From an uncultured virus (IMG/VR IMGVR_UViG_3300042691_048032) (Duplodnaviria > Heunggongvirae > Uroviricota > Caudoviricetes), in IMG/VR virus record IMGVR_UViG_3300042691_048032: 60,957 nucleotides of DNA; one strand, written 5' to 3'. This document shows, one piece after another, positions 58,000 to 60,957 of the stretch. Numbering within the stretch: the first letter of the stretch is position 1; every line of letters begins with the position of its first letter. The position numbers and the translations under genes are program-made. The notes under the pieces are model-generated. The model saw nothing but the letters and a program-made list of their open reading frames with translations, searched no databases and was not told the origin of the DNA.

Positions 58000-58509
58000 C
58001 TACCCGCGGCCGAAGACCGCCGGCCCAGCGGGGCCACGCCGACCGCGGACGACCCTCTCCACCCGGCGGGCGGCTCGGTCGACCGGCTCGTGCTCCCAGA
58101 CCACCACGACAGCCCAGCCGTCACGGCGGAGTTCCCTGACGGTTCTGGAGTCACGCCGCCTGTTGCCGGCCATCTTCTCCCTCCACCATTCGGTGTGCGT
58201 GACTGCGGGTCTGGAGTGCTCCTCGCACCCGTGCCAGTAGCACCCGCGGACGTCGACGACCACCCTCTGCCGGGGGAAGACGATGTCGTGGGTCCGCCGG
58301 TTGTCGAGGATCTTGCGGTGGACGCGGAACCTCAGGCCCCGTCGGTGGAGCTCGGACCTCAGGGCGACCTCGGGGGCGGTGTCCCTCGTCCTCTGCGACC
58401 TCATCCTGTCCCTCACCGCCGGCGACGAGGCGGGCGGCGGTGGCGGGAGAACGGAACGGGGCGACCCTCCTCGGGCCGCCCCGTCTGCTCGCGGTTCCGT
58501 CGCCGTCAT
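58000..58509 (-). CDS. vsr: Vsr (very short patch repair)-like endonuclease
   Basis: 'RM...R.RDT.PEVALR..LH..GLRFR..DIVF..V.V.GCYWHGC..WW..K...N..RD..GW.V..VWEH'. Confidence 0.85.
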   Translation of the reverse strand: MTATEPRADGAARGGSPRSVLPPPPPASSPAVRDRMRSQRTRDTAPEVALRSELHRRGLRFRVHRKILDNRRTHDIVFPRQRVVVDVRGCYWHGCEEHSRPAVTHTEWWREKMAGNRRRDSRTVRELRRDGWAVVVVWEHEPVDRAARRVERVVRGRRGPAGPAVFGRG

Positions 58510-59120
58510 GCGGCGACCTCCCCCCACTTCGCCTCCATGTCGTCCTCGGCCTCGTCGAGTTCCCTCATCCACGACCACTCCCACTCCTCCAACTTCCGTT
58601 CCCACTCCTCGTCCTCGGACGAGAAGTCCTGCTCGGGGATCTCCACGCCGCGGTCCTCCAGGAGTTCGCCGCCCCTGTGGGCGGTGACCCCCGAGAAGCC
58701 CCACCCCTCGTCCACGTATCGGGTGACGAAGAGGAGCGTCGGGAAGAGTGCCGAGACCTTGGCGAGTAGTTCGCTCGCCGGCCCCCACGCCGAGAGGTAG
58801 ATGGCGGTCGTGGAGTGCTCGTCGTTCGACGTGACCTCGCCGTCGTAGTCGCCCCACTTCGTCCCCCACTCGGCGTTGGCCCAGTCGTACCAGTTGGCGT
58901 AGCCGTACTCGGCGAGGTTCGATGCGTGTTGCTCGGCGTACTCCTTGGCCTTCTCGGGATCCGACGTGAAGCCCGAGAACGAACCCTTGAGTCCCTCGGG
59001 CATGGGGTGGAACACGGAGAGGCTGAACCTGCCGTCCTCGTCCTTGGCCGAGTCCACGAAGCGGTCTCGCTCGTCCTTCGGGCCTGTGATGATCGTTGTC
59101 TGTTCGCAATGGTTGGGCAT
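58506..59120 (-). CDS. DUF1281/YubB-like ferredoxin-fold protein
   Basis: MPNHC..WYDW..WGTKW..SAWGP..FP.L; conserved leader. Confidence 0.7.
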   Translation of the reverse strand: MPNHCEQTTIITGPKDERDRFVDSAKDEDGRFSLSVFHPMPEGLKGSFSGFTSDPEKAKEYAEQHASNLAEYGYANWYDWANAEWGTKWGDYDGEVTSNDEHSTTAIYLSAWGPASELLAKVSALFPTLLFVTRYVDEGWGFSGVTAHRGGELLEDRGVEIPEQDFSSEDEEWERKLEEWEWSWMRELDEAEDDMEAKWGEVAA

Positions 59121-59156
59121 GGGTGACCTCCTTGGTCGTTGTGTTGTTGTTGTTGT

Positions 59157-59195
59157 TGGAACGAACGGGGCGGGTCGCGTCGTGCGACCCGCCCC
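59157..59195 (-). promoter_or_regulatory. Class B variant (CGCACGA-N16-CGTT) within 12-bp hairpin
   Basis: ggggcgggtcgc-acgac-gcgacccgcccc followed by GTTCGTTCC. Confidence 0.7.
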
Positions 59196-59201
59196 CTCCC
59201 G

Positions 59202-59654
59202 TCACTTCGCCGAGGCGTTGATCTTCGGGACGACCGACTCGGTGAAGAACATCGTCTTGCCGTTGGGCTTGCCGTCCTTGCCGACCTCCAACGCAACGAT
59301 GGGGAACTTCTGACGGCTCGCCGCGATGCCTGCGAAGATGTAGTTCTTCGGGGCGGACGAACCCTTCACGGCGGTGCTGAACGCCGTGCCGAGGGGTGCG
59401 GTGAGCGACACCGTCGCCCCGCCGACGTGGTAGACGGTGTACCCGAAGCGGGTGTAGTAGATCGCCTCGGGCGACTTGATGTTCACGCCCGACGCGTCCT
59501 TCTCCTCGACGCTGGTCTCCACGACGAGCTTGTAGATGTCGCCGTACGAGGTCTTGATCTTCGGTGCGGCGAGTCCGTTCTCGGCGAGGATCTTCTCCAC
59601 CGCCGATCGGATCTCGTTGGTGATCTTGAGTGCCTGTTCCTTGGTTACTTCCAT
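59202..59654 (-). CDS. Hypothetical protein
   Basis: Leader GACCGAGGAGGTCAACATG. Confidence 0.7.
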   Translation of the reverse strand: MEVTKEQALKITNEIRSAVEKILAENGLAAPKIKTSYGDIYKLVVETSVEEKDASGVNIKSPEAIYYTRFGYTVYHVGGATVSLTAPLGTAFSTAVKGSSAPKNYIFAGIAASRQKFPIVALEVGKDGKPNGKTMFFTESVVPKINASAK

Positions 59655-59688
59655 GTTGACCTCCTCGGTCGTCGTTGTTGACAAGTAG

Positions 59689-59718
59689 ATACTGACATAG
59701 GGGCGTGGTGTCTGTCAA
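59689..59718 (-). promoter_or_regulatory. Class A promoter TTGACA-gacaccacgcccctatgt-CAGTAT
   Basis: 18-nt spacer with the conserved core. Confidence 0.6.
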
Positions 59719-59745
59719 GTATTTCTTTCCACCTCGAAGAATGAC

Positions 59746-59774
59746 TTGACTCCGCCACACCCGTGTGTCATACT
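59746..59774 (+). promoter_or_regulatory. Class A promoter TTGACT-ccgccacacccgtgtgt-CATACT
   Basis: 17-nt conserved spacer; GTCAAG downstream. Confidence 0.75.
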
Positions 59775-59808
59775 GAGTGTGTCAAGGAGACAGACCAAGG
59801 AGGTCAGC

Positions 59809-60009
59809 ATGAGCAAGACACGGAACACCAGCCATTGCCATTGGTGCGGGACGGATCTTCGGTACGCCGAGGAGATCGCCACGAGGGACTACGGCAACGC
59901 CGTCATCGCCCTCTGCCCCGACCGCTGTGAGGCGGACCACGACCACGAGGAGCACCTCAAGCGTTGGGCCGCCGAGCTTGAGGAGGAGGAACGGGCGGTG
60001 GCGAAGTGA
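59809..60009 (+). CDS. Zn-finger hypothetical protein
   Basis: Conserved leader; CHWC..CP..C. Confidence 0.65.
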   Translation: MSKTRNTSHCHWCGTDLRYAEEIATRDYGNAVIALCPDRCEADHDHEEHLKRWAAELEEEERAVAK

Positions 60010-60227
60010 CCGCCACCGTCGCCCGCAGGGTGACCGTCACCATCCACACCACCGCCGAGGAGCCGTACTGGACGATCACCGACACGGACACGGGCGAGAG
60101 CATCCACGACTACATCGACGGCTGGTACGGGGACATTCCCGGCGAGGTCTGCGAGGAAACGACGTGGCGGAGGCTCCGTAGGCATTGTGCCGAACAGGGG
60201 TGGTCCGTGGAGGAGGCGTGGTCGTGA
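60006..60227 (+). CDS. Hypothetical protein
   Basis: GTGA-coupled. Confidence 0.5.
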   Translation: MTATVARRVTVTIHTTAEEPYWTITDTDTGESIHDYIDGWYGDIPGEVCEETTWRRLRRHCAEQGWSVEEAWS

Positions 60228-60361
60228 AGGCCCGCAAGTCTCGCACGGGCGGGCGGGCGTGGTCGGCCGAGGACAGGTTCGCGTTCGCGACGAACCGCCT
60301 CAGGGCGAAGACCGTTCCGTCGAAGCGTCGCCCGGGGCCGTCGGCGGCCGACTGGTCGTGA
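60224..60361 (+). CDS. Small basic hypothetical protein
   Basis: GGAGGAGG RBS; GTGA-coupled; 45 aa. Confidence 0.4.
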   Translation: MKARKSRTGGRAWSAEDRFAFATNRLRAKTVPSKRRPGPSAADWS

Positions 60362-60377
60362 ACGCCCTGCGTGACTG

Positions 60378-60956
60378 CTAGAAGGGGTTCGTCGGGCTGA
60401 AGTAGTTGATGCCGGTGATCGTGCGGCCCGAGTCGGATCCGTCGAGGTACATCGACCCCACCTGTGTCGCCCAGAGCAAGAGCTTCGTCCCGGTGTAGCC
60501 GGCGATGCCCGGGGTCGGGCCTGTCGGCGGCGAGAAGTTCGACGAGTACTTCGCCGTCCCGTTCACGATGTGGAAGTTGGTGATCGTGCCCCCGAATGTC
60601 GCCCCGGCGGACTGCGACGCCTCGTTGCCTATCGTGATGCCGATGTCGGAGGACCCGACGACCCCGGAGTACGAGCCCGTCGTCCCCGTCGACACGCCGT
60701 CACGGTAGAGCCTGATGGTCGACCCCGTCCTGACGACCGCGTAGTGGCCCCAGAGACCGTTGGCGGCGTACGACCCAAGGTTCACCGGCCCGCCCGGCGT
60801 CCAGAAGTAGAACGTCCCGCCCTCGAGCGAGACCCCCATCTTCTGGGTCGGGTAGTTGCCCATTGCGAAGACGCGGGGGAACGAGTTCGTGTCGAGGCGC
60901 CGGTGCCACCACTCGATGGTGAAGTTGCCGGCCAGGCGGAAGTCGATCGAGGCCGG
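60378..60956 (-). CDS. LamG/concanavalin A-like domain protein, 5'-truncated
   Basis: Frame is open to the window edge. 'NFTIEWW..WGHYAVVRTGSTIRLY.DG..IG..F.G.I....G.AKY'. Confidence 0.75.
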   Translation of the reverse strand, partial: PASIDFRLAGNFTIEWWHRRLDTNSFPRVFAMGNYPTQKMGVSLEGGTFYFWTPGGPVNLGSYAANGLWGHYAVVRTGSTIRLYRDGVSTGTTGSYSGVVGSSDIGITIGNEASQSAGATFGGTITNFHIVNGTAKYSSNFSPPTGPTPGIAGYTGTKLLLWATQVGSMYLDGSDSGRTITGINYFSPTNPF

Positions 60957-60957
60957 G

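Noticed and set aside
57991..58020. Extra CGCACAC near 57991 (and copies inside structural genes)
   Set aside because: There is no CGTT at N16 and no downstream leader.
47239..59760. Long ORF-track starts (e.g. 49458, 50278, 57222, 59760)
   Set aside because: The N-terminal extensions overlap neighbouring genes; true starts are fixed by the conserved leader or by translational coupling.
39617..59811. Repeated leader as a CRISPR array
   Set aside because: Repeats are separated by whole ORFs of variable length, occur on both strands and contain an RBS; there are no cas genes.
1..60957. tRNA, rRNA, reverse transcriptase/DGR, transposase or integrase genes
   Set aside because: No such motifs were recognised by eye; a covariance-model scan would be needed to fully exclude small RNAs.

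Overview
A ~61 kb, high-GC segment of a tailed phage with a contractile-type baseplate. WhiB, SigA-type promoters and leaderless genes point to an actinobacterial host; this is an inference. Bases 1-23.4 kb (+) hold the tape measure (5'-truncated, with a C-terminal M15-like peptidase motif), baseplate genes, tail fibres including a ~200-triplet collagen fibre, a 2OG-Fe(II) oxygenase and a GT2 glycosyltransferase. Bases 24-29 kb hold a multi-lectin surface protein, holins, an M15 endolysin and an SNase-type nuclease. Bases 29-39 kb hold lipoproteins, LexA-N, HTH and RHH regulators, a metallophosphoesterase, an Ntn protease, WhiB, a small-terminase-like protein and a primase-helicase module. Bases 39-60 kb form an array of small genes, with Dps, a MoxR/VWA pair, an SNF2 helicase and Vsr among them. 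The most striking signal is non-coding. About 29 genes in this array share a palindromic RBS leader (GACCAAGGAGGTCA-N-CATG). Seventeen carry a bipartite motif, CGCACAC-N16-CGTT, with invariant spacing (16 exact copies and 1 variant), often folded into a terminator-like hairpin. A second family of TTGAC promoters has a conserved GCCACACCC spacer. Together these look like a modular, independently expressed gene-cassette array with its own promoter class. All domain calls come from motif recognition by eye; no database searches were run.
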